Source: Phycisphaerales bacterium
GTDB taxonomy: Bacteria > Planctomycetota > Phycisphaerae > Phycisphaerales > SM1A02
Reading direction: 5' to 3'
Length of the DNA stretch: 44,520 nt
Assembly: GCA_040401635.1 (NCBI GenBank)
Contig: JBBAOD010000003.1
Location: 1 to 44,520, forward strand
Position 1 is the stretch's first letter. Each line of letters starts with the position of its first letter. A model generated the notes under the pieces. It did no database searches and was not told where the DNA came from. It saw only the letters and a list, made by a program, of their open reading frames with translations. Both the position numbers and the translations under genes were made by a program. This document shows positions 24,671 through 33,779 of the stretch, piece after piece.

Positions 24671-26167
24671 TCACTCGCGCACTTCACCGAATAGCACTTG
24701 TGCAATCGGCACCATTCGATCTGGGAGACTCAGGGCAACTTCGTCCCCGGCTTCTAAGCGAGTGTCGCCACGCACTCGATGTGTGCGTGCGCCGCGGATG
24801 ACCAGCGCAATGGTGATCTCCCCGGGCAGTTTCGCCTCTGAAAGGTATTTGCCATCAATCGCTGAGCCGGGCTGCACCACCATGATCATCATGCACGTGT
24901 CCAGCGGTGTCTTGGTGATCATGTCAATGGTGGTGGATGGGCGCGGAATGGGTGCAAGCCGAACACGCAAGACTCGCATCACCCATCGCACCGTCGAGCC
25001 AGGGATGATGCTGCCAACCACGACGCACACAAACACCACAGCAAATGCCCGCGATAAATTGTGCTGACCCTCACTGGTACGTGCAGCATTCATGGGGATC
25101 ATCATCAGGATGATCGGTACAGCGCCGCGCAACCCGAGCCAGGAAACCGCAAGCGACTCGCGAATGGGGAATCGAAACAACAGCAAGAGCGGGGTGACTA
25201 CCAGTGGCCGCGCCACAAACGCCAATATCAAGGCAATCAGCGTGCCGCTGGCGATCACGCGAATATCGAGCAGTGATTCGGGGATCACCAAGACGCCAAG
25301 CACAAAGAACATCACAATCTGCGCGAGGTATGCCAGTGACGCATGGAAGCGAACAATGGTGCTTCGAAACGGCAAATCCGCGCTGTTTCCAAGGGTCAGC
25401 GCCGTCATGAATACCGCCAGTAATCCGCTGGAATGCAATGACTCCGCAATGCCGTATGCCAACAGTGCAAGCGCAATGGTGATGACCGGGTAAATCTCCG
25501 GCGAGTCTTCCTCAAACGCTCCAATGGCAAGGCTGCTGAGCCAACCGATCCCTCCGCCAATCAGCGCGCCGGCACACACTTGCAACATGATGGTGGGAAT
25601 GGTGGACACTTCGAACGCCCCTCCCATTGCAACGCTGGTGAACGTAGCCACCAGAATGAATGCCATGGGGTCGTTCAATCCGCTTTCAAGTTCCACAATT
25701 TCCCGCACGCGGCCACTCAGGCGTTCACGTGCCAGAATCTGTAACACGCTGGCAGCATCCGTTGATCCAAGCACTGCGCCCATCATGAGAGCGACTGACC
25801 ACGGCGCGCTGGGAACGAGAATGCGAATGATGTACGCCGTGACCCCAGCCACTCCCAATACGCCAACCGTGGCCAGCGTGATGGAAGGCAGCCAAATTCC
25901 GCGTACTTTGCGGACATCGGTGGAGAGTCCGCCGTAGAACAGAATCAGCGCCAGCGCGATATTTCCAATGGAGTACGCCCCCTCATAGCCTTGCAGCAGC
26001 GTGCGTAAATCGGTTTGTCCACCGATCAACATGCCCACGCCAATGAAGCCAAGCGCAGTCGGAATGCCAATCCGCATCGCCATCTTGGTGCCCAACGCGG
26101 CCACCGCCAACATGAGCCCGCAGATGATCAGGACGAGCGGCAGATTATGTACGGCGGAGTGGAGCAT
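24671..26167 (-). CDS. CPA1-family Na+(K+)/H+ antiporter with C-terminal TrkA-C (RCK_C) domain
   Basis: Polytopic NhaP-like core (GIPTALGFIGVGMLIGG...LESGLNDPMAFIL...). C-terminal PGSAIDGKYLSEAKLPGEITIALVIRGARTHRVRGDTRLEAGDEVAL. Start placed at MLHSAVHNL (26165-26167) to drop an Arg/His-rich extension that overlaps xylA. Confidence 0.85.
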   Translation of the reverse strand: MLHSAVHNLPLVLIICGLMLAVAALGTKMAMRIGIPTALGFIGVGMLIGGQTDLRTLLQGYEGAYSIGNIALALILFYGGLSTDVRKVRGIWLPSITLATVGVLGVAGVTAYIIRILVPSAPWSVALMMGAVLGSTDAASVLQILARERLSGRVREIVELESGLNDPMAFILVATFTSVAMGGAFEVSTIPTIMLQVCAGALIGGGIGWLSSLAIGAFEEDSPEIYPVITIALALLAYGIAESLHSSGLLAVFMTALTLGNSADLPFRSTIVRFHASLAYLAQIVMFFVLGVLVIPESLLDIRVIASGTLIALILAFVARPLVVTPLLLLFRFPIRESLAVSWLGLRGAVPIILMMIPMNAARTSEGQHNLSRAFAVVFVCVVVGSIIPGSTVRWVMRVLRVRLAPIPRPSTTIDMITKTPLDTCMMIMVVQPGSAIDGKYLSEAKLPGEITIALVIRGARTHRVRGDTRLEAGDEVALSLPDRMVPIAQVLFGEVRE

Positions 26168-26223
26168 GGAGCGCCTGCCATGCGCGGCGAGCGCGAGCGC
26201 GGGAGCCGTGGCAGAATAGCGAT

Positions 26224-27555
26224 ATGCAACCCGCCTTTTCTTTCGTCGATCGTGTTCGCTATGAAGGTCCGGATTCCCGAAATCCGTTCTCCTTTCGCCA
26301 TTACGACGCCGATGCATCGGTTGACGGCAAGCCCATGCGTGAGCATGTGCGCTTTGCTGCCTGCTATTGGCACACCATGCGCAATGGGCTCTCCGATTCG
26401 TTTGGCGCACCCACAGCGCTCATGCCCTGGGACGATGGAACTGACACGCTGAGCAACTGCCTACACCGCGCTGATGCGTTCTTTGAGTTCTTGGAGAAAT
26501 GCAACATAGACCGCTTCTGTTTCCATGACCGGGACATTGCGCCAGAGCTTGGAACGTTGCGCGAATCCAACGCCATGCTGGACACGGTTGCCGAGCACTT
26601 TCAGCAACACATGAAGTCGAGCGGCAAGAAACTTCTGTGGGGCACCGCCTGTCTCTTTGCCCACCCGCGCTACATGGCTGGCGCTGGCACGAGCCCGGAC
26701 GTTCGCGTCTTTGCGCATGCATGCGCGCAGGTCAAGCACGCCATGGAAGTCACGCACCGACTTGGTGGAGATGGCTACGTGTTCTGGGGCGGGCGTGAGG
26801 GTTACTCAAGTCTCTTGAACCGTGACATGCCGCGCGACCTAGGACACATGGCGCGGCTCTTACAAATGGCGGTTGATTGGAAGTCTGAACTTGGCTTCCG
26901 TGGCTCGCTCTACATTGAGCCGAAGCCACGCGAGCCCAGCGTTCACCAATACGACTTTGATGCGGCGACGGTGCTGGGTTTCCTGCGCGAGCATGGGCTC
27001 ATTGGCAAAATATCCCTCAATATTGAGACAAATCACGCCACGCTGGCGGCTCATGAGATGGAGCATGAATTGCGTGTGGCCGCCGCCGCTGGTGCACTTG
27101 GTTCGGTGGATGCCAACATGGGCACCCCCAATTGCGGATGGGATACGGATCAGTATCCGACCGACTATGCGTTGGCAACGCGCGTCATGGAAGTGGTACT
27201 GGCGTCCGGTGGTTTCACGAACGGTGGTTTGAACTTTGATGCCAAGCGCCGCCGCGAGAGTTGGCGCCCGGAGGATCTCTTCCACGGCCACATTGCATCG
27301 ATGGATGCATTTGCGTTTGGACTCAAGGCGGCAGCGGCGCTGCGTGCTGACGGTCGGCTTGCTGCCGCTATTGCCGCCCGTTACGCGTCATGGAGTAATG
27401 AACTGGGGCAACGCATCGAACAGGGTGCCGCGAATTTCCCGGAGATTGAGCGGGCGGTGATTGACGAGCGCGTCGGACCGCCGGAGAGTGGCGCGCAAGA
27501 GCGCTTGGAGGACACCTGGAATGCAGTGGTATGGGACGGGCGCGCGCGGCGGTGA
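26224..27555 (+). CDS. xylA: Xylose isomerase
   Basis: Contains FCFHDRDIAPE, LWGTACLF, YVFWGGREGY, LYIEPKPREPSVHQYDFD and NIETNHATLAAHEMEHEL. Length 443 aa. Confidence 0.95.
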   Translation: MQPAFSFVDRVRYEGPDSRNPFSFRHYDADASVDGKPMREHVRFAACYWHTMRNGLSDSFGAPTALMPWDDGTDTLSNCLHRADAFFEFLEKCNIDRFCFHDRDIAPELGTLRESNAMLDTVAEHFQQHMKSSGKKLLWGTACLFAHPRYMAGAGTSPDVRVFAHACAQVKHAMEVTHRLGGDGYVFWGGREGYSSLLNRDMPRDLGHMARLLQMAVDWKSELGFRGSLYIEPKPREPSVHQYDFDAATVLGFLREHGLIGKISLNIETNHATLAAHEMEHELRVAAAAGALGSVDANMGTPNCGWDTDQYPTDYALATRVMEVVLASGGFTNGGLNFDAKRRRESWRPEDLFHGHIASMDAFAFGLKAAAALRADGRLAAAIAARYASWSNELGQRIEQGAANFPEIERAVIDERVGPPESGAQERLEDTWNAVVWDGRARR

Positions 27556-27561
27556 ATGGAT

Positions 27562-28677
27562 TTATGGAGTGATAGTGACGCGGCGGTAGAAGCCGTTGTT
27601 TTCTTGTGCAATCGCTTGCAGTGATTGCACATCGTTTTCGCTCGCGAACGCAATGGTGTTAATTTTTGTCAATAAACCCTTGTTTCCGGCGGCAATTTCA
27701 TCGCGGAGCATGCCGATGTCACTGCTGTCAAATTCACCGTCGGTCAACAGAAAGATCGCTTCTGGGTTCATTTGGAGTGCCATGCGCATGGAGTCCCATG
27801 TGCCACTTCCGCCCGCTGGGTCTGATTCATGTTGGGTGACCCAGCGAATCGCTGAATCACGATTCGCTGCAGTGGCAGCTAACCACTCGCCATTGGGCGG
27901 CATCGGTAGCGCATTGGTGTAGACCGTTCCCGACTTGTTTGGGCTTTCAACAAGTTTGGCCCCATTCGCGGGCGATACCCCGAACAGAATCACCGTGAAT
28001 TTGCAACCATCGCGGAGCGATTGAATGCTCTTGGCAAGTTCGGATTTGAGTAGTTTCTCGCGGCCATCTTCATTGCGCATGCTTGACGAGAAGTCCAAGA
28101 TGTAGACGATGCTCTTGGCATCAGTCGGAATCCCCATGAACTGTGTTCCGCCGCCCCCGCCTGCACCCGCACGACCTGCGCCGTCCTTGCCATCCTTGCG
28201 ACCAACAGCAGTCGCGGTCTGCGGAGGATCGATTGGATCATTGATATTCGGCAAAGTGAAGCCGAATTTCGGTAGTTCCTTGCTGTCACCACTCACCAAC
28301 GACTCGCCTTCGACGGCATTTGCAGTGGCGAGTGTGCCGGTGCGTTGACCGCGCGGTGCAGAGTCGGCGGTATCACCAACGGCACCATGGAGATTCCCGG
28401 AGGTACCGGCGCCTGGGCCGTCACCGGCAAGCGCACTGCCGCTGCCGACGCCCGCGCCGAAGCCGCTCCCTGAGCCTGTTCCGTAGCCGCCGCCAGCTGT
28501 TCCCGCAGCATCATCTCCGGGCGGATCGACCGGCGCTGCAAACAGAATTGCCGCGATCACCACACCAAGCGCCAGCACAAAGCAGCTAGCGATGGCAGCG
28601 ATCGCAGAGTTACGCTCGCGGCGGTCGCACGATGCGCCGGGGTGTGTTTGCCAGGGAAGCCAAGAGAGGAGTGACAT
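27562..28677 (-). CDS. Membrane-anchored periplasmic von Willebrand factor A (vWA) domain protein
   Basis: Short cytoplasmic N-terminus (CDRRERNS), TM AIAAIASCFVLALGVVIAAILFAA, Gly-rich linker, PKFGFTLP motif. The vWA domain has a MIDAS motif (VYILDFSSSM ... GTWDS ... IFLLTDGEFD). Confidence 0.85.
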   Translation of the reverse strand: MSLLSWLPWQTHPGASCDRRERNSAIAAIASCFVLALGVVIAAILFAAPVDPPGDDAAGTAGGGYGTGSGSGFGAGVGSGSALAGDGPGAGTSGNLHGAVGDTADSAPRGQRTGTLATANAVEGESLVSGDSKELPKFGFTLPNINDPIDPPQTATAVGRKDGKDGAGRAGAGGGGGTQFMGIPTDAKSIVYILDFSSSMRNEDGREKLLKSELAKSIQSLRDGCKFTVILFGVSPANGAKLVESPNKSGTVYTNALPMPPNGEWLAATAANRDSAIRWVTQHESDPAGGSGTWDSMRMALQMNPEAIFLLTDGEFDSSDIGMLRDEIAAGNKGLLTKINTIAFASENDVQSLQAIAQENNGFYRRVTITP

Positions 28678-28725
28678 GAAGTTCGTTGCTCTTGAGTGCT
28701 TGGAAGTAGGTATTGCTACAAGGAG

Positions 28726-29859
28726 TTACTTGATTTCAGTACGCATCGGCGGGGAACGATCGACCCGGATGATGAAGACTCGGGTGTTGGAAACGCGCAT
28801 CAGACCTCGCATGATCTTCATGAGTTCAGGTTGCTTTTCCTCTGCATCGGTAACGATGAATTCGATGTTCGGGCGCTTCTCGGTTCCGTGCTGCCGCTTC
28901 TTCATGTTGGCAATGACGAGTTGGTAGCCCGTTTCTGGAGAGTCTCCACCGCCATATGGCTCGACATCTAATACCTGCTGCACCATCCGCTGAATGTCTG
29001 TTGACTTCTTGGTCTTTAAGGTTGGTTTGATGATCACCTCGTTTGGCTCCCCCAAGAGGACATCACGAAAGGAAGTGACGGTGATCGAGCCGCCCTGCAA
29101 ACTATTGAAAATCTCAGCAATCACGCGGGCTACCGCGTCACGGGCGGGTGCCATGCTGCCAGTCGCGTCAAGATTGATACTGATTCGCGAGTCGGGCCAT
29201 GCTTGAACTACGTCGATGATCTGACCCTCGGTGGATCCTCCGCCGGCTGCTCCCGAACCGCCGCGCGTTGGGCGCCCGGTTGGCACACCGGGTGCTGCCA
29301 CACTGGGCGGTTTCGGCATGATCATCGGTGGTGGAGGTGGGGCATCAGGCTGCGTGAAGCCAAATTTCGGTGGTTCGATTTCTGGTCCGGCCGGCGCGAG
29401 TGCTACGGACTCTCCTTCTTCGGAATCACCTTCGGCCGCAGCCCCATCGGGGCTTCCGAGTGGCGGGGCTATTTCATCCGGACCGGCAGCGAGTTTTCCG
29501 CGCGTGCGGTCGTCTACCCCGGCTCCTGGGCCAGATCCATCAACACCGCTCCCAGTTCCACTGCCATTCCCGATACCTGCCCCGTCGCTGCGCCCGAGTC
29601 CGCCTCCTGATCCGCCACCACCGTATCCGCCACGGCTTCCAGCGAAGATCGCCGCTAGCACGACGCACAAACCCAACACAAAGGCGGCCACGATTCCAAG
29701 AATCGCGGACGCTCGCTCGCGTGGTTCGCACAGGGCTTCGTCCTCACCCGGTGTGTCGGAGTTCTCAGAATGAATCGCCACGGAATCAGCGTACGCCATG
29801 AACCCCCGAAGCCCAATGCCCCGTATTTCTCCTGCGGGTACCTTTTGACTTTGGACCAT
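28726..29859 (-). CDS. Membrane-anchored periplasmic vWA-like protein, paralogue of the downstream gene
   Basis: Same layout as the neighbour: CEPRERAS, TM AILGIVAAFVLGLCVVLAAIFAG, Gly-rich linker, PKFGFTQP motif. The vWA-like domain reads ISINLDATGSM ... YGGGDSPE ... EFIVTDAEE. An alternative start at 29799 (MAYAD) is possible. Confidence 0.75.
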   Translation of the reverse strand: MVQSQKVPAGEIRGIGLRGFMAYADSVAIHSENSDTPGEDEALCEPRERASAILGIVAAFVLGLCVVLAAIFAGSRGGYGGGGSGGGLGRSDGAGIGNGSGTGSGVDGSGPGAGVDDRTRGKLAAGPDEIAPPLGSPDGAAAEGDSEEGESVALAPAGPEIEPPKFGFTQPDAPPPPPMIMPKPPSVAAPGVPTGRPTRGGSGAAGGGSTEGQIIDVVQAWPDSRISINLDATGSMAPARDAVARVIAEIFNSLQGGSITVTSFRDVLLGEPNEVIIKPTLKTKKSTDIQRMVQQVLDVEPYGGGDSPETGYQLVIANMKKRQHGTEKRPNIEFIVTDAEEKQPELMKIMRGLMRVSNTRVFIIRVDRSPPMRTEIK

Positions 29860-29924
29860 GCGCTGTACCCGGGCAATATCAACCCGGAAATTGTTGATTC
29901 AGTCCCCGTACCCCGCGCCTGGCC

Positions 29925-31259
29925 TTGAAGGACACCACCGTGAGTAGGAAACTCAAATCCAGCGCCGTTTGCCCCCACTGCTGGCACCGATTCCGTCCGG
30001 ATCAAACGCTCTGGGTCGCTGCGCATCCTGAGTTGCTCGGCGATCGATTGCTCACGCCTGAAGATCCGGTGCGTTTCCTGCCGTCGCGCTTCACGCCAGC
30101 GGGCGAGGCGATCGACCCGTCTGGTTCCAAGACGCGCCGACTTGCATGCCCCAACTGTCACTTGGAGATTCCGCAACTGGTACTTGAGTGCCCGATGGTG
30201 ATCATGAGTTTGGCTGGCAGTCCATCAAGCGGTAAGAGCTATTTCTTGGCGAGCGCTATGTGGAAATTGCGCGAGGAACTCGCACGGCATTTCTCCGTAG
30301 CGTTTACGGACACGGATCCCGCGATGAACCGTGCAATCACCAACAACGAAGGTCAGCTCTTTCTCAACGAAGATCAGTCCGCGTCGGTTGCCATTGACAA
30401 GACGGAAATGGAAGGAGCGCAATACAACTCGGTGCAGTTTGATCCGGGTGTCGCCACCATGCTGGCGCATCCGTTCATCTTCACCGTGCGCCCTTCGCGC
30501 GATCATGTGAACGGACATGCACCGCATCGATTGACACAGCTATTTACGCTCTATGACAATGCTGGCGAGCACTTCTTTCCTGGCGCCGATACCGCGCGCG
30601 CGCCTGGAACGCAGCATCTAGCGAAGGCGCAGGTTCTGATGTTTGTCTTTGATCCGACGCAGGATGTTCGCTTTCGCCAGCGTCTTGCTGGTCTCAGCGG
30701 CGACCCACAATTGGCTCCGGGTGCAAAGACCACGCGCCAAGATCAATTGATTGTGGAAATGGCGCGCCGTGTGCGCATCCACGCAGGTCTTGCACCGCAG
30801 GATCGGGTTCCCAAGCCGCTGTTTGTCATTCTCTCCAAGAGCGACATTTGGGCCCCACTTCTGAAGGAAGAAGATGGAACACCAATGGACATCACCACGC
30901 CGCCCTACGCGCGCGAACGCGCCGGTCTGGGGCGAATGAGCATCAAGCGCGTCGATCGAACCAGTGATCGCATTCGTGCGTTGCTGTGTGAAGTAGCACC
31001 GGAACTCGTGTCCGCTGCCGAAGACGCGTTCGAGCGCGTCATCTTCATTCCAGTGAGCGCGATCGGAACGTCGCCGGTCCTGGATCCAGCGAGCGGTCTC
31101 CTCAAGGTTCCGGTAGCGCGCATCGCTCCGCGGTGGGTGACCGTTCCGTTCATCTACACACTTGCGCGTTGGTCGACGCACTTGGTCTCAAGCGACAAGA
31201 GCGAAGGCGACCCATCATTCGGAACACCGTCGGATTCCGCTGACATGGATCCATCGTGA
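29925..31259 (+). CDS. Zn-ribbon-fused TRAFAC-class P-loop GTPase
   Basis: Four-Cys ribbon CPHC...(58 aa)...CPNC. G1 is LAGSPSSGKS, G3 is LYDNAGE, G4 is ILSKSD and G5 is PVSAIG. TTG start at 29925, or GTG at 29940. Confidence 0.85.
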   Translation: MKDTTVSRKLKSSAVCPHCWHRFRPDQTLWVAAHPELLGDRLLTPEDPVRFLPSRFTPAGEAIDPSGSKTRRLACPNCHLEIPQLVLECPMVIMSLAGSPSSGKSYFLASAMWKLREELARHFSVAFTDTDPAMNRAITNNEGQLFLNEDQSASVAIDKTEMEGAQYNSVQFDPGVATMLAHPFIFTVRPSRDHVNGHAPHRLTQLFTLYDNAGEHFFPGADTARAPGTQHLAKAQVLMFVFDPTQDVRFRQRLAGLSGDPQLAPGAKTTRQDQLIVEMARRVRIHAGLAPQDRVPKPLFVILSKSDIWAPLLKEEDGTPMDITTPPYARERAGLGRMSIKRVDRTSDRIRALLCEVAPELVSAAEDAFERVIFIPVSAIGTSPVLDPASGLLKVPVARIAPRWVTVPFIYTLARWSTHLVSSDKSEGDPSFGTPSDSADMDPS

Positions 31260-31313
31260 CCGCGTTGAATTGATTGGCTGGCATTGAATGACTGCATTGA
31301 TTGACTCGCAACC

Positions 31314-33779
31314 ATGGCACTCGAACTCATCTACACATCTGCAGTACGCGGCCTCCGGGCTGGAACCAGCGGGTTCTGCACTGTGGCGATGACCAAGGGA
31401 TTGCCGCCGGCGTTGGTGCCGCGCCTGGAAGCGCTCGGCGGATATCGCACTGGTCCGTCGGGCAATGGCCCGAATGCGTATTGCTTCTGGCGTGTTGAGA
31501 CAGCGACGGGGATTGCGCATGTGCTTTCCATTGTTGGTCCTGCACCGCCGGACCACACGGCGCGTTCCAACAAGATCGCTACGTACTTGGTGCTCGCGCC
31601 GGATGAGTTGGTGCCCGCTGGACCCGCGTGGCTTCTTTCGCAACCCGCGCTTCTGCGTAGCACATGGAGCGGTGCGCCTGCTTGGATCGATGCTCCAGTG
31701 CGCGTGCCGACAACTCGTGATACCGGCCCGCGTCCATGCGCTGCATGGCAGGCAGCGAGTGGCGATGCGGGCTGGGCGGGCGTTCTGGCAAGTGCATTCC
31801 TTCGCGATCAAGCGCGGCCGATTCATGTGATTTACGGCGCCGCCATTGAGCCGCTGCCACTTGTTGAAGAAGCAATTCGACTCTTGCCGGAGTGGGCGCG
31901 TTGGCGCGCAACGTTCTCAACGTATTTCCTCCAACCAGTTGCTGGAACCCCGTGCGCGTGGCGATTCTGTCTTGATGGAACTCCAGCTACGGATGCTGCG
32001 CGGCAGTCCAAGGGGCTGGTCATTGACCTGACGCGCACCGCGGGGCCAGCGCCCGAATCACGATTCACACGTATGGCTCGGACGGGTATTGATGAGGAGG
32101 CGGTAGCGGCGCAAAGAGCGACGCGAGCAGCCGCGCGTGCCGCGGGAGCGGCTGCTGTTACCGGTGCCAGCGCTGCGCGGTCGAGCGATGCGCCCATTGA
32201 ATTGGAAATGGACTTTGCAGGAGATCAAGCCGGTACGCCGCGGCGCTTGGTGCGGGAGTTGGAATCTGAAGATCAAGGTGCGCCATCTGGCGAGCCAGCG
32301 CGCATGTCCATCAGTCCACCCATGTTGGCACTCGCCGCGGCTGGATTGACAGTGATACTTCTGGGTTTAATTTACCTGGTTAGTTTTACGACGGGCCAAA
32401 CTGCGGCACCAGCGGCACCAGCGATCCCCGCGATACCCGCGGCACCTGCGGTTGTCGAGAAGCCCAAGCGGGAGATGGAGCCGCTGAATTTGAAAGTGGA
32501 TGCTGCCGATGTCGGTACCACTCGGTCCGACGATGTCACAGCGGAGCCCGTCTCGAATGATGATGGAGCTCCGCAGGAGGAAGTCATAGAAGAAGCCCCG
32601 GGCATGCCAACGGATCCAGAAGCGTCGGCTTCGCCGCCTGAGCGCGTGCTCCCCGCTGTATTGCCTCCGCCCGTCGTGGCCCCAGTCGCGCCTGTCCCCA
32701 CGACACCAGTCATCACGCCGCTGGTATTGCCAACGATTGCGAAGTGGTCACCCACTTCCGCGTTCGAACGCGTCGCAACAGGCGCTGTGCAATTGCGGTT
32801 ACGTTTCGACGTTGGTGCAAAAAGTGGGTGGACTGTGAACTTTGTGCCTGCAAAGTCGCTCGCCGTGGCGGGTGTCAGTGTGCAGTCAAATGGTGGAATT
32901 GAATTCAGTGGGTCAGCCATGAGTGCGCGGGCTTCCATTAATGGAGCCGACCTCGTCATCGCTGGGTCCGCCGCTGGTCCTGTTCCTGAGGCGCTTCAGT
33001 TAGCGCTCCGTGATGCGAAGGATGTAAAGGACGCCAAGCTCGATCCGGTAGTCGTGCTGCAGCGGGCGCTTGAGCGTTGCACCGTTGAGGTGTTTGACAA
33101 GGGTGGCACATCGCTTGGGTTCGCACAGGTGCGGACAAAGTCAACGAAGTCGATCGGTATCGGAATGGAAAACAGCACAGCATTGGCAGATTTCGGCAAT
33201 AGCCGGCTCGATAGGCAAGTGACATCCCCTGCCGTTCCAGAGGCAATAACAGTTCGAGTTGATCCGATGCAAATTGAGAGCATGAACATCGCGGAAAGTT
33301 TGACTCTTTCTGTCAACCGTGCTGTGCAAAAGTCAGCAACGGTGTTCAGTGCAATGGCGCCGAGCGCTTCGGTTGTTGGGTTGCACATCACGGCATTGTC
33401 GAAGCAACAAGCCGAACTGAGCGCTCTCAAGAAGTCGTGCAATGTCGTGCTCGCGGTAGCGAAAGGCGGTACTCAGTCAGGTGGCTTTGAAGCAGACCTG
33501 CAGGCCGTACAGAACGCACTACTTCCGGAAGAGCAGAAGAAATTCCTCGTCGCTGGTGGTAAATCATCGCTGATATCAGACAGCAAGACCATGCGTGACA
33601 TGGTCGAATCAATCACTCCGCGTCTCGATAGTGAATTGAATAGCGTCAGTAAAAAACTGACGGAGGCCAACGCGGCGAGTAAGGCCAAGGCGAGCCCCGC
33701 GCAGTGGCGCATTCGCGTATCAAACGAGGACGGGATTGTGCTACTCGACTCCGCCATCACACCACGGGTGAGCAAATGA
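31314..33779 (+). CDS. Bitopic protein with a cytoplasmic GAP1-like (GTPase-associated) N-domain, one TM and a large periplasmic C-domain
   Basis: N-terminus MALELIYTSAVRGLRAGTSGFCTVAMTKGLP. TM MLALAAAGLTVILLGLIYLVSF near aa 335. Pro/Ala linker, then ~400 aa with no recognisable domain. Confidence 0.75.
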   Translation: MALELIYTSAVRGLRAGTSGFCTVAMTKGLPPALVPRLEALGGYRTGPSGNGPNAYCFWRVETATGIAHVLSIVGPAPPDHTARSNKIATYLVLAPDELVPAGPAWLLSQPALLRSTWSGAPAWIDAPVRVPTTRDTGPRPCAAWQAASGDAGWAGVLASAFLRDQARPIHVIYGAAIEPLPLVEEAIRLLPEWARWRATFSTYFLQPVAGTPCAWRFCLDGTPATDAARQSKGLVIDLTRTAGPAPESRFTRMARTGIDEEAVAAQRATRAAARAAGAAAVTGASAARSSDAPIELEMDFAGDQAGTPRRLVRELESEDQGAPSGEPARMSISPPMLALAAAGLTVILLGLIYLVSFTTGQTAAPAAPAIPAIPAAPAVVEKPKREMEPLNLKVDAADVGTTRSDDVTAEPVSNDDGAPQEEVIEEAPGMPTDPEASASPPERVLPAVLPPPVVAPVAPVPTTPVITPLVLPTIAKWSPTSAFERVATGAVQLRLRFDVGAKSGWTVNFVPAKSLAVAGVSVQSNGGIEFSGSAMSARASINGADLVIAGSAAGPVPEALQLALRDAKDVKDAKLDPVVVLQRALERCTVEVFDKGGTSLGFAQVRTKSTKSIGIGMENSTALADFGNSRLDRQVTSPAVPEAITVRVDPMQIESMNIAESLTLSVNRAVQKSATVFSAMAPSASVVGLHITALSKQQAELSALKKSCNVVLAVAKGGTQSGGFEADLQAVQNALLPEEQKKFLVAGGKSSLISDSKTMRDMVESITPRLDSELNSVSKKLTEANAASKAKASPAQWRIRVSNEDGIVLLDSAITPRVSK

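Noticed and set aside
26168-26410. 81-codon N-terminal extension of the antiporter ORF (MRQTNRRAHCAWC...).
   Set aside because: It is Arg/His/Cys-rich and non-membrane, and it overlaps the xylA coding start on the other strand. The transporter's first TM begins right after the internal Met at 26167.
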